A stretch of DNA of 63,096 nt, filler included, from Aduncisulcus paluster (Eukaryota): NCBI GenBank assembly GCA_024181965.1. It is 13 parts of 13 records of this genome, joined end to end, with 100 filler letters (N's around TTAATTAATTAA, not from the genome) between each part and the next. Parts side by side here need not be neighbours in the genome. Positions count along the whole stretch, not along the records: positions 16,342 to 27,758 come from BQXS01000190.1; positions 27,859 to 29,457 come from BQXS01000191.1; positions 29,558 to 31,065 come from BQXS01000192.1; positions 31,166 to 32,938 come from BQXS01000193.1; 9 more parts are not named here. One strand, written 5' to 3'. Shown one piece after another: positions 21,311-33,038 of the stretch (positions are counted from its first letter, which is position 1; each line of letters opens with the position of its first letter). Position numbers and translations under genes: made by a program. A model generated the notes under the pieces. It was not told the DNA's origin. It saw only the letters and a program-made list of their open reading frames with translations, and made no database searches.

Positions 21311-24122
21311 TTATTTTTGAATTCGAATTGGTTGAGGCTTTTTCAACCCTTCTTCAGCGATGCTTTTCAGTGTTTCCAGCTCAGAGGCGAGGAATATCAT
21401 TTCTTCATGAAGGAAGGTGTTCTCAGGTGTGGCGTAAAATGATGATCGATGCTTATGAAACTGATGTGAACAACAATCCTGATCTTCCGGAAGAGGTCCT
21501 CTTCCACCCAGTATAGGGAAAGAGGCGGTCAAAGATGACTCACGGGCCCGTTTGTTCTCGAAAACAGCTTCATATCCTCGTGTAATGGCACCAATGCCCG
21601 TGAAAGTAAGGGTCGGAAATTGTGGTTTATATCCTCGATCGTCAATATATGCAGGTGAGCGGTGAGGTGAGTGAGAAGAATGTGAGGAAGAGGATGAAGG
21701 GGATGGATGTATGTAAGATGATGTTGATCTTTTCTTTGGCAATAACAGACGGATGCTCCCTCCACCATGAGTTTGGGTGGGAGACAAGTCACCACGTTCA
21801 ATGAGATCTTCAACTTCTTCGAGAGTACGACGAGTCTTTGGAATATGTCTATTTTTAGAATACCTAGAAAAAGCAGACAGAGCTGATATCACAGAAGGTG
21901 CTGACACGGCCCCAAATTTATGCTCCAAGCAATTGCATGAGTAACCATAGATCCCACCATCAGATCCCAGCCCAGAATAATCTCCATAACAGCCACTGTG
22001 GCGATCAGTTACGCCTACAATCACTCCTCCACCAACTCCTCTTCTTCCTGCACGTGGAGTCCCACCGCCAGGATAACACCCGACTCCCATTGAGGAATGG
22101 GGGTGAGGTTGAGAGAGAATACCTCCTTTGACAAGCGATGACGATAATTGCGCAAAACCACTATTTTTAGTATCTTTGCGTGACCTCGTCCATTTTTCAA
22201 ATACCACCCGTGAAATACAATTTATCCGCATGGCAGGCAAAGAACACTCAGCAGCACTGTCACGGAGTTGGAAAGCAGCGAACACTGCCATAGAACTGAA
22301 TGTAGAGTGAAGAGGAAGAGGTTTGGGAGATAACATTGAGTTGTCAGGGATAATATACTCCTCTCCCTCACTCGAGGGGTCTTCAAAACATCTATCCTTT
22401 TCTCTCTCCCGCGAATGAGTATAATACTTACTATTTTTAGTATCATGAGTGTTATTTGAGAAAGATGAGGATGATGTGGACGCTATTGAAGGCTGTGTAT
22501 GATTGGGATTCGATTGGTGATGAAACACCACGGCACTGCTCCTAGAAACATTCTTAAGATCGTTATTCTTTGCTTGTCCAACCCCTAAATACGTTGACAA
22601 TGAGTGTTTAAGGTGAATCGGGACCAGGGAAGAAGAAGAGGCCGAAGAGGAGGATGGGGAAGTGACGGAAGAAGCAAAGAGCATTGGAGGAGGAATATAT
22701 TTATGTTCTAAAGTTTTATGGGAAATACTATGTGATGCAGAGCCTCCAACAAGGGACGAAGAAGAGGAGGAGGACGAGGATGATGAGGAAGAGGTTGAAA
22801 ANNNNNNNNNNNNNNNNNNNNTGGTGATGAAACACCACGGCACTGCTCCTAGAAACATTCTTAAGATCGTTATTCTTTGCTTGTCCAACCCCTAAATACG
22901 GTGACAATGAGTGTTTAAGGTGAATCGGGACCAGGGAAGAAGAAGAGGCCGAAGAGGAGGATGGGGAAGTGACGGAAGAAGCAAAGAGCATTGGAGGAGG
23001 AATATATTTATGTTCTAAAGTTTTATGGGAAATACTATGTGATGCAGAGCCTCCAACAAGGGACGAAGAAGAGGAGGAGGACGAGGATGATGAGGAAGAG
23101 GTTGAAAAGGAAGAATCGAGAGCACTTTCAAGCTTCTGACGCTGTTGATGAAGTATTTGATGGTGAATAACGCCACGAGTATAGTCATATATTGGATGAG
23201 AAAAGAATGAAGAGAAGGCAGAGAAATATTTCGATTCAAGGAGGAACTTGTATCGTATTGGTTGCTTTTTCTTTGTATTCTTGGGAGTTGGAGGGAGAAT
23301 CAATGCTCCACTTTCACTATGATCATGACTAGAGCCAGAACTGGTTGTAGCCGATTGTTTCGACGATTCCCGGTGGTACTGCAAGGGAGATGAACCATGC
23401 CGCCGTTTCATGCCGAAAGAGAGCCGCCCACCCTCAGAACTGAGAGATACTGTTGGATGAGGGCAACTATCTCCTATTGAATGTGTTTGATGCTTGTGAC
23501 CACTCGCAATGCTCGAAATCTCTTCTGTCACACTACTGGAGAAGCGGTCAAACAAGAATAATTCAGGCATAACTGTTTGCATGGCAGTTCTAACCTTTCC
23601 TATCCTTTCTCTCTCGACATCGGGATTATATCTGGCTTCGGCAAAGGCACCGAGCTGAACAAGTCGTTTAGAGAGAAGATTGAGTTTATCATCAGCAGGA
23701 CCATAAGAATTGCGTTTTGACTTTGCATCAATATTCGATTCTTTAACAATAAGGGGTTCTCTAAAGGCAAAGAGACGAGCAGCGACACGATAAAATCGAT
23801 CCTTCAATTCGTATATTTCACGCCTTCTAAACGGAAATTTCTGTTGAATAACAGTAAAATTACAAGAATATTTTTCGGCTAAATTAAATAACTCGTCAGT
23901 TTCTTCTTTGGACCAGAATCTAGTTCGAAATAAATGATAATACTCAATGTCAGTATAACGTGGGAATGTAAGGGCCAATCCAGGGGGAATATGTGCCGGT
24001 GCACTATCTTTACGATGTACACATAGAATATTTAGACAGGCTGGATGTGGGCTGACAGTCCAAGTGGCGCCGAGTCCAGACTCTTTGGAAGATATATTAG
24101 ATAATAAAAATGGGGTGGACAT
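21311..24122 (-). CDS. DMAP1/Swc4-like SANT-domain protein with a long low-complexity tail; split by assembly overlap (22515-22801 ~ 22822-23108)
   Basis: YTDIEYYHLF...WSKEETDELFNLAEKYSCNFTVIQQKF...YELKDRFYRV and YNPDVERER match the Swc4/DMAP1 SANT region. Confidence 0.78.
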
Positions 24123-24383
24123 CAAACTTAAATGTATTAAATATATAAATTTCCCAACTAATTCTATATAGGGCCCCAAACCCGCAAGAAATCCTCCATT
24201 CTTTTGAAAATTTAAAATCCATCAGCAGCAGGTGATATGATTAGCATTGAGAGATATAATAACATAAAAACTAATAATAGAATATAGGTAAATTTCTAGA
24301 AAAATCCAATTCCAAATTTTCACTCTTTATTCAGAAGATTATCTCGATTTTCAATTTCATCATGTTTGATAACACTTCAAATC

Positions 24384-25502
24384 ATGAGTATGATTAAACT
24401 TCTTGAAACAACCCTTGAGAATGCGAAAAAGGTTGAGAAACAGAAGACTATTGATAAGCTTCTTGTAGAAAAAGAAAAATATGAATCTTGTATCGAATTA
24501 AAACTAGAAAGGGTTCAACAACTTCAAAAATTATATAACCATGAATGTAGAATGTTAATAGAAGCTTGTGAGGATTCTTCTGGGTCTTCTGGTCTTGAAG
24601 GCTTGGAGTGTGATCTGAAACAGAGTGAGAAATTAAAACACTCGATGCAGATGAATTGCTTTGCTAGACTTGCATCAATTTTTTATATTTGTCCCGGATC
24701 AACGCGTAAACCAGAATGGTGGACAGGTACTGTAATCAGTTATGATGATGTCATTTCTACCACTTCAGGGGCATCTTTACCGACAGACAAATATTCATTT
24801 GATAATTTTCAAGCATTGGGAGCATCTATATGCGATAAAACTCCGAGATATTGCGGTCGAGTACCACATTATCCAGGAGTTCTCCTTCTTTCACATGACA
24901 ATGTTGAGGAATCAAATGCTGCCATTTATTTTGCTGCAAAGCTCATCATGTATACAGCAAGTTATCTTTCTATTCCTCTTCCGCACGATATTCTTTTATG
25001 CGGAAATCGTTCATTTATTTCCGATTCTATGGGATGTTGGTATCCTTTGTTCATTTTGAAAGGCGAAAGTAAGGTTTCTTTAAGTTCAGATGGGAGTTCT
25101 TTGCGAAGTGCTGTCTCTCCTTACGAAGAAGTTAATCCGAAGGCCACATCTTCCTCAGATGGCAAATCAGATTCTTCGCGGGTAATCATGGACTCTTTCT
25201 CTCGATTTGCACACCATCCTCATAGTTCCATTCCCACATCCTCCACTCATTCGTCACATTCAAGATCTCACTCTTCACACAGTGTTCATTCTGGTTCAGA
25301 TGCTGGATATACACGGAAAAAAGACGGCAAGGGATTACACTCTTTTTCAATTCCACTCAGTTCCATGGGATTATTGCTGTTATCCAGAAATCTTGATACC
25401 ATCATGATCCAGCGTCACCTCGAGACCCGTGCATATGATGGAATAATTGGAGCCCTTGGAAGATTATTCATGTGCGATTTATTGATGGCAAAGGGAGTTT
25501 AA
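24384..25502 (+). CDS. ATG14/UVRAG(Vps38)-like coiled-coil protein
   Basis: N-terminal coiled coil, then NAAIYFAAKLIMYTASYLSIPLPHDILLCGNRSFI...YPLF and GLLLLSRNL, resembling the ATG14/UVRAG conserved blocks. Confidence 0.65.
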   Translation: MSMIKLLETTLENAKKVEKQKTIDKLLVEKEKYESCIELKLERVQQLQKLYNHECRMLIEACEDSSGSSGLEGLECDLKQSEKLKHSMQMNCFARLASIFYICPGSTRKPEWWTGTVISYDDVISTTSGASLPTDKYSFDNFQALGASICDKTPRYCGRVPHYPGVLLLSHDNVEESNAAIYFAAKLIMYTASYLSIPLPHDILLCGNRSFISDSMGCWYPLFILKGESKVSLSSDGSSLRSAVSPYEEVNPKATSSSDGKSDSSRVIMDSFSRFAHHPHSSIPTSSTHSSHSRSHSSHSVHSGSDAGYTRKKDGKGLHSFSIPLSSMGLLLLSRNLDTIMIQRHLETRAYDGIIGALGRLFMCDLLMAKGV

Positions 25503-25581
25503 CACATATTATTAATAATTTATTAATCATCTTATTAAAACATAACTTTTACTGATAGAGACTATCACCGTAGTAAACAGA

Positions 25582-27018
25582 TTATTTCTTTTTCCTACTC
25601 TTCTTTCCCTTCTTCTTTTTCTGTTTCAATGGGTGTTTAGCATTTATCTTTTTCACTCTTAATTCGATAGCTGCTTGACATTCTCGATGTACCAAAGACA
25701 TGCCCATTTTGCCTCCAAAAATAGGAACATCGTGCTCAGAAAATAGTTTCTCACAGATCCCACAGACTCGAGGATTGCATTTCTTATCGGTGTGGAAAGC
25801 TTTGTGCCCAACAACAACGAATGTTTCTCCTAATTTGAGATGACAATGGGCACAGGTCATTGGTCGGTAAACAGGGATTTCATACGGACAACCGACAGTT
25901 TTAACGGTATCATATGTCGTCGTAAACCGGGTTGGAGCGTGTTCCATGATAACTTTGGAAGTGTCACCGAGGGAAGCGCCAAGCTCATCAACATCTTCGA
26001 CTTCAGCACCAGCTTTAATTGAGGAGAGAAGAGATGCGAGTTCTGTCTTGGGAATTTCACGAGTGAGCGAAATTGTCTTGTCTTTTCCTTTCTTTTTGGG
26101 TCTAAATTCTGTACAGGCACAAATGACTGCAAATATTTCACTGCAAGGTGAAGAAGTATCTGTCCACCGAGGCAGTCCTGAGGATGTCATGTTAAGCAAA
26201 ACAGGAGCTTCTTGTTCCTCTTGGGCCTCATCTCCTTGCCCATCAGAGAGCTCAATGACTTCAGGCTCTTCCTCCTCTTCCGCAGGTTGTTCTTCTGCAT
26301 CGTAGGAGTAATATTCATCCTCATATTCATATTCATATTCCTTAATAGGGGGTTTTGATTGTGGTTTGGCCTGAGATTTTGCCACGGGAGTATCTTGGGA
26401 ATCCTTGACAGAGCCTTTCTTTGAATCCGATTGTTCAGCTTCTTCTTCCTCTTTTTCCTCAAATAAACGCTTGGGAACCCCCGATTTGGTTTCGTGACCA
26501 TATGATATCAAAGCAATTCCTAAGTTTCGCATCCGAGAATTGAAAAAATTTCCTCTATCCTTCATTCCAACATCCAAATCCAACAGAATCCGAAAAATCA
26601 GTTCCTGTGGTGAAGTTACACCACGAATGACTGTGCACCACGGTGCTCCAACATATTCCCCGTATTGTTGAAGGGTCTTAGGTCCAAGATCTTTTACCAG
26701 ATCAGCAATTCTTGTTTCAGGCGTTATTGTTTCCAATATATCAAAACCAATTTTATAAGCAATCATGGAAAGTGTTGAATCAATTGAAACTCCTGAAGCT
26801 GATGAAAAGAACTCCAAAGTTCTGTGATTGTCAGAAACTGTCTTATCCATTTCAGAAACATATTCATAATCCACAGCATCCTGATCGGGCATATATTTCT
26901 TTATCTCTTCAAGATGTTTCATTAAGAGAGTTGGTTTAGAACGGACATCATTGAAAAAAGAAATGAACTCTTCAATAAATTCAGTTTCTTTGATTCTAGT
27001 TCCACCTAATGTATCCAT
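25582..27018 (-). CDS. CAP/SCP-like domain plus C-terminal LIM-type zinc finger protein
   Basis: FNDVRSKP...YGEYVG...SPQELIFRILLD...DRGNFFNSRMRNLGIA is a degenerate CAP-like region. CAHC-x16-H...C...CGIC...HREC is LIM-like. Acidic linker and Lys-rich tail. Confidence 0.6.
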   Translation of the reverse strand: MDTLGGTRIKETEFIEEFISFFNDVRSKPTLLMKHLEEIKKYMPDQDAVDYEYVSEMDKTVSDNHRTLEFFSSASGVSIDSTLSMIAYKIGFDILETITPETRIADLVKDLGPKTLQQYGEYVGAPWCTVIRGVTSPQELIFRILLDLDVGMKDRGNFFNSRMRNLGIALISYGHETKSGVPKRLFEEKEEEEAEQSDSKKGSVKDSQDTPVAKSQAKPQSKPPIKEYEYEYEDEYYSYDAEEQPAEEEEEPEVIELSDGQGDEAQEEQEAPVLLNMTSSGLPRWTDTSSPCSEIFAVICACTEFRPKKKGKDKTISLTREIPKTELASLLSSIKAGAEVEDVDELGASLGDTSKVIMEHAPTRFTTTYDTVKTVGCPYEIPVYRPMTCAHCHLKLGETFVVVGHKAFHTDKKCNPRVCGICEKLFSEHDVPIFGGKMGMSLVHRECQAAIELRVKKINAKHPLKQKKKKGKKSRKKK

Positions 27019-27858
27019 AAGAATATATGGGATTTATAAATAAATGTATTTCAAAGAAGGATCAGAAGAAAAACGCTCACATTTCGTTTCCATTTTTAAA
27101 TGTGCACTGATATTGCTATAGCGCACTTTTACAAACAGATATCTATATTTAATCATCATTCCTATAAATATTTTTCGAATGGATACACCAGATCTGATTA
27201 TTTTGTCAAAATTCTCCGTAAAGCGGATGCATTTATTAGGGAAGGGGAGATACTAAAAAGACAGAAATAAAAAGAGAAAAGAAAGGCATTGAAGGATATT
27301 AAAGGGTATATTAGGTGGTAACAGACTGACTGCAGTACGATAAAGTTTCAGACAAGAAGGATACTGATTGTAGTGTATTCAGCATAGAGACGAAGACACC
27401 GAAAGGCAAACTCTACCAAGTAAACAATGTAGTGAAAAAACTAGTGAACAAAAGTTGCACATAGTGTGTAACTAAAGAACCGAGGAGTAGGGAGGAATAG
27501 GTGTACGATAATCAATAGAAATTTCTGAAAAAGGCAACAGCAAACATATATTGAGAAGATTTAGCAAGACAAGGCATCAAGATGCTACTCTCTAGAGCCA
27601 TTAAAATAAGCTAAGTCATTTTAGAAAGGAGTCGAGAGTGAATAAGAAGCAATGAAACCAAGTATTGATTAAAAATTGGGTATTAGAGAATGTAGGTGTA
27701 GTTCACTTCAGTATAATGGAGAATATCAAAATATGCTGATGGATCGAAATGGGTAACTNNNNNNNNNNNNNNNNNNNNNNNNNNNNNNNNNNNNNNNNNN
27801 NNTTAATTAATTAANNNNNNNNNNNNNNNNNNNNNNNNNNNNNNNNNNNNNNNNNNNN

Positions 27859-28225
27859 CACTTACAATTGTTCCGACTATCCCAAAAATCATCAATCCAC
27901 TATAGACCTCTTCTTCGGGAAAGTTTTCATCGTAAAAGTAATGTTCGCAACCAATAACTAAAAATATACAAAACAAAAACGATAAATAAATCGCAAAGGA
28001 TTATCATAGAATTGTAAATAAGTAAAATGTCAACATACCAATCGACACAAAGAATGTATACAAAGAATTGCATATCCAAATTGCAGGAGTTACCTCTTGA
28101 AGTTCATCTTGCTTATCAACACACCCAGCAATACTCATTGGAATACCAACGAGAAAATTAAGAGCATTAATAAGAAAAAAATCGGTCCACACGGCATCCC
28201 ATCCAGAATCATAAAATTCCACCAT
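27859..28225 (-). CDS. hypothetical multi-pass membrane protein, 3' partial; exons 28225-28039 and 27957-27859
   Basis: An 81-nt GTATGT...TAG intron (28038-27958) joins ...FFVSI to VIGCEHYFYDENF...LMIFGIVGTIV in frame. Three hydrophobic segments. Confidence 0.6.
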
Positions 28226-28875
28226 ATTTGTTAAATATCAATATCAATATTTACACAAAAAAAGTGGGAAATGAACTCTATAACCCAACACACAGAAATC
28301 AGCCGATTATTCACATCATTATTAGCAAGTTTACACATGTAAAATTCAGAATAGAATTTGAATATTTTGTTAAATGTCTTGGCGATCCTGGAAAGAGTTT
28401 TTGGAACCTTCAGAGTGAACTATCAAAGAATTATGTGAGAGTACATGTTTTAAATCGATATGAATTGTGCTATCAGATTATATATCTACAACATAACCGA
28501 AATAAAATGATCTATTCCTGAGATAGCAAAAAAATGGATCCATGGGAACAGAAAAACATGAAAACATAATTTATTATTCTATTATAAAACCAAGTCCCAA
28601 TGTTATTTCAAATTTTTAAGCTCATTTTCAGCGATAACTCTTTGTTCGGCAGCTATAAGAACATAGATTTGTTTAACGTAGCTCTATCCAGTATATTAGG
28701 AATTTGGAAATATACTCTATGATAATTATCATTCTTTATTTGATTTGATATAATTTTAATAATGCCTCAATAATTGATGATCAATTTGTTAAATCAAATC
28801 GAATTGATCTTTCCAGTCCTTCATTGGAGTTATTTTTCTTATTTTTTTGCTATCAATTACAATATAATACTGATA

Positions 28876-29368
28876 ATGTCTGCACCTGCAGTTGGAATTG
28901 ATTTGGGTACAACATATTCTTGTGTTGCCGCCTTCGAAAATGATCGTGTTGAGATCATTGCTAACAGTCAAGGAAACAAAACCACTCCTTCATATGTTGC
29001 CTTCACTGATGAGGAGCGTCTTATTGGAGATGCTGCCAAGAGTCAAGCTGCTATGAACCCTGCTAATACCGTCTTTGATGCCAAACGTCTCATTGGTCGT
29101 AAGTTCTCCGATTCTGAGGTTCAACGTGATATCCTTCACTGGCCCTTCAAGGTTGTCTGCCGTGATGGTGACAAGCCTTTCATTGAGGTTAAACACAAAT
29201 CTGAGACCAAGGTCTTCTCTCCTGAGCAGATCTCCTCCATGGTTCTTGGTCGTATGCGTGATGTTGCTGCCGATTACCTTGGAAAGAAGGTTGAAAAGGC
29301 TGTTGTTACTGTTCCCGCTTACTTCAACGATTCTCAGCGTCAAGCTACCAAGGATGCTGGAACTATCT

Positions 29369-29402
<34 letters not shown>

Positions 29403-29457
29403 CACTGCTGCCGCTATTGCTTACGGTCTCGACAAGAAGACTGAAGGTGAGAAGAAT
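28876..29457 (+). CDS. HSP70: cytosolic HSP70, 3' partial
   Basis: Motifs [49 protein letters not shown] and [14 protein letters not shown]. No signal peptide and strong codon bias. Confidence 0.97.
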
Positions 29458-29557
29458 NNNNNNNNNNNNNNNNNNNNNNNNNNNNNNNNNNNNNNNNNNN
29501 NTTAATTAATTAANNNNNNNNNNNNNNNNNNNNNNNNNNNNNNNNNNNNNNNNNNNN

Positions 29558-31065
29558 CTGCTCCAGGAAAGCAATGTTTCTATTGTAGAGAGTTTGGACA
29601 CAGGAAGTTTGAGTGTCCCAAACTCCCAGAAGAAGAAAAAGCCGCGATGAGGGCAAAGTATGCTGCCTCTAAGAGGCGCTCCTCAAGACCGAACGTCTAT
29701 GATAATCCAATGAAGGCTAGTGCCATAAATAAATTCTTCGAAGGTTTTTATCCGAACAATTTTGTCAAAATGGATTGGCAAGAGCCCATACCAGGATCTC
29801 AATTGAGAATAAAGACGGACAACCCGTCACAGTCATAGCACTGTTGGATAGTGGAGCCAACATCAATCTGTCTCCAGGAAAGCTGCAGAGAGGTACAAGT
29901 TACTTCCAGCTGATGTGAAAGAAGAAGAGATGGAACATGTAATCCAAGGTGTTGCATCTACATCTCTGAAACCAAGATGTGAAATACACTTGGTTACATC
30001 CATCCAAAGAATGGATGAAGAAGTACCAAGAAGAAAGACAATTCCTTTCTGGGTATGTGATGAGTTAACCACCGGAGATGAAATCATCCTGGGGTACAAG
30101 GCAGCAATAGCCTTGGGAGCCATGCAGTTCATGGTGCCAATAGAAGGGAGCACCATGGAGAAGGAAGAGCCAGAAGATGGCAAGGTAGAAGAAGACCAGG
30201 TCGGTGAGTGGCTGCAACAGGCCGAAGATTTGGCGAAAGAGTTCAAATGTGCTGCATTGATCAGCACGAGACCGACAAAGGTGGCTGCAAGTGCCAAAGG
30301 TATGACTAGAGAACAACTTGGTCAACAGATAAAGGAGACATTGAACAGTAAACATCAATATTGTTACTCATTACTCCTTGACATTCACTGCAGATATGCC
30401 CATGTGTTTGATTTGAGTGAATTACCTCCAGCTAGATACCCAGCATTCGGGATCAAGCTGATAGAGGGTGAAAAGGTGCCAAAGAGTCACCTAAGACAGA
30501 TACCGTGGTCGAGAGGACCAATGCTCCAAGCAGAGCTGGACCGACTCAAGAAGTTGGGTACGATCGAAGAGATCAAACATGAGACACGATATGTCAGTGC
30601 TATTGTGTTGGTCCCTAAAGGGGATGGAGTGAGATTGTGTGTGGATTATAGGCCACTGAATAAGGCAACCATGACATTGCATAGAGCTGTCGCCAGAGTC
30701 GACGAAGTTGTACGCATGTTACACGGAAAGAAATTGTTCATCATACTGGACTTAAAATCTGGATATCACCAAGTTGAGATCGAAGAAAGTAGCAAGGAGT
30801 ACACTACATTCATAACGAAGTTCGGAACGTTTCAATATAAACGGATGCCGTTTGGGTTAAAGAATGCTCCTGCATACTTCACAATGATGCTAGATGATAT
30901 TTTAGCAGGACTGGTCAGAGTGAACTGCCTGATCTATATGGATGATATCATAGTATTTGGAGCAACGCTTCAAGAGTTGATTGCCAACTACCTAAAGGTG
31001 TTGGATAGGTTGTCAAAGGCCAACATGAAAGTAAACGTGCTGAAAATGCAGCTCGTATGTGAAGA
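29558..31065 (+). mobile_element. Ty3/gypsy LTR retrotransposon internal fragment (gag zinc knuckle - aspartic protease - RT)
   Basis: CFYCREFGHRKFEC (CX2CX4HX4C). ALLDSGANINL in the -1 frame, with another 1-nt shift at ~29870. RT motifs LCVDYRPLN, LDLKSGYHQV, RMPFGLKNAP and YMDD. Confidence 0.95.
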
Positions 31066-31165
31066 NNNNNNNNNNNNNNNNNNNNNNNNNNNNNNNNNNN
31101 NNNNNNNNNTTAATTAATTAANNNNNNNNNNNNNNNNNNNNNNNNNNNNNNNNNNNNNNNNNNNN

Positions 31166-32938
31166 CGCGCATTTCTTTGAGGATACTCCACAAGTTGCCC
31201 ATCTCTCCGATAATGTGTGTCATTCTGACAATTCTGAGGGTGCATTCAGAACTCCATTGGATGCATGTTCCATGTGTTACTTCTTCGATACACCCATATG
31301 TCTCTCTGAGATAAGTGTCATCACATTCGATCCCATTTCAGAAGACAACCAATACAATACCCCAGGGAAGATCAGTGTGGTTTGTTTCTGTCGAGAGCGG
31401 GCTATTCCGTATCACTTCCAGCTCCAAACACCTCTTGAGGGTGTCTATCTCGCACACATTCTGAAATTCCCATGCACTACTAAATATGTTGAGAAAGTGT
31501 TGCTTCTGTTTGAACGACAATCAAGCTCCTCACGGTCTGTATCAGGTGACCATTGGATATCATCGAACGTGATGCATGTCGGATTGTGGGAGAGGATGAA
31601 AAGAGGAGATATGGAGAAGATGAAGATGAAGGAGAAGAGGATATTCGAGGAAATGTTTGACCATCTATTCCCCAAAACTCGCGAGTACTTTGATAGTTCC
31701 ACTCGTATCTCGGAAGATCTTGAGACTCATGCCAAAGCAATGGAAGACATTCGGCATGATACTGAAATGCACAGAAAAACGATGAAGAAGATCAATAAGA
31801 CTCTTCAGACAACGCTTGCAAGGTATCATCACGATGAGCGTATCCTGGAGATAATCAAAGAATCTGAGGCCAAGTTGTCCCAGAAAGTCTCGATGGAGTT
31901 GGAATTGAAACGTTTGATCCAGGGTAGTAAGAGTGAGAGTGAGAGTGAGAGTGAGAGCAGACCTTTGGATTCTGAGCCCGGAGAAAAAGATAAGATTGTT
32001 GATGTTGAATCTAAGACTAGGGAACAGAAGACATGTCTCATTCTCGATCATCTCGGAGTTCAACCCCATTCTACCGCTTCTTCTCCCAGAATTTGTGTCC
32101 ACCAACCTTTGGAAATCTATCGTGAAGGATGTTCGATCTGTGATCAGATTAAACAGTATCAGGATCAACTCTCCAAAGGAACTCCTCTCTCTGCTTTCTC
32201 TTCCTTGATCACGGACATTGCACATTCTTTCCATGATGGTGACATGTTGACTTGGAGAACCCTCATTTCGAAGATGTTGGTGACATGTCATTCGCTTCCT
32301 GCACTTAAACAGCACACGTTGGAAGACTTTGACAAATCCATCCAGGCTTCTATGGAGGTGTTGTACAAGCAAATGCTTGAATCGTTGAGTTTGTGTGATC
32401 GAGCTGCTTCGTTATTTAAATTGTATGAACGATGTTGTGCTCTGCTAGAATCATTGTGTGGTCATAGTCATGGTCGTGGATGTGATGATGATGAATGTGT
32501 CGATGATGGATCTGTTAAATCTTATAAATATGACCACTCCATGTTCTTTTTGAAGAAGGACATTTTAAGTGAGGTCTTCCTCGAGAAGCATGGCAAAGTG
32601 CTGGATATCGAGGGAATATCGAATGATGAGGCGAAGAAAGAGGAATTCTCAAAATGCTTTGATGCTGTCAATGCGTGGAACGAGATGAGTTGTGCTGTTT
32701 TGTTGGATGATGAAGATGGAGCAGAAAGAATCAAAAGGGATGAATACGAAGAAGATCTGAGAGCGCATGAAGAAGATCAGAGAGAGCACGAAGAAAAAGA
32801 GGAAGAAGAAGAAGACAGATATGAAATTGAGGAACGAGATGAGGGAAAGGAAGAGAAGGAAGAAGAAGTAGAAGGTCGAATGAAAGATAAAGATGATACT
32901 GAGGAAGAGGAAGAGGAAGCGGAAGAGGAAGAACATGG
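31166..32938 (+). CDS. hypothetical protein (beta-rich N-terminus, coiled coil, acidic tail), partial at both ends
   Basis: ORF of ~590 codons spanning the whole contig. A (GAGAGT)n tract at 31931-31957 encodes SESESE. Confidence 0.7.
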
Positions 32939-33038
32939 NNNNNNNNNNNNNNNNNNNNNNNNNNNNNNNNNNNNNNNNNNNNTTAATTAATTAANNNNNN
33001 NNNNNNNNNNNNNNNNNNNNNNNNNNNNNNNNNNNNNN

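Noticed and set aside
27200-27758. Purine-skewed non-coding stretch as a decayed retroelement
   Set aside because: No ORF or TE motif could be recognised.
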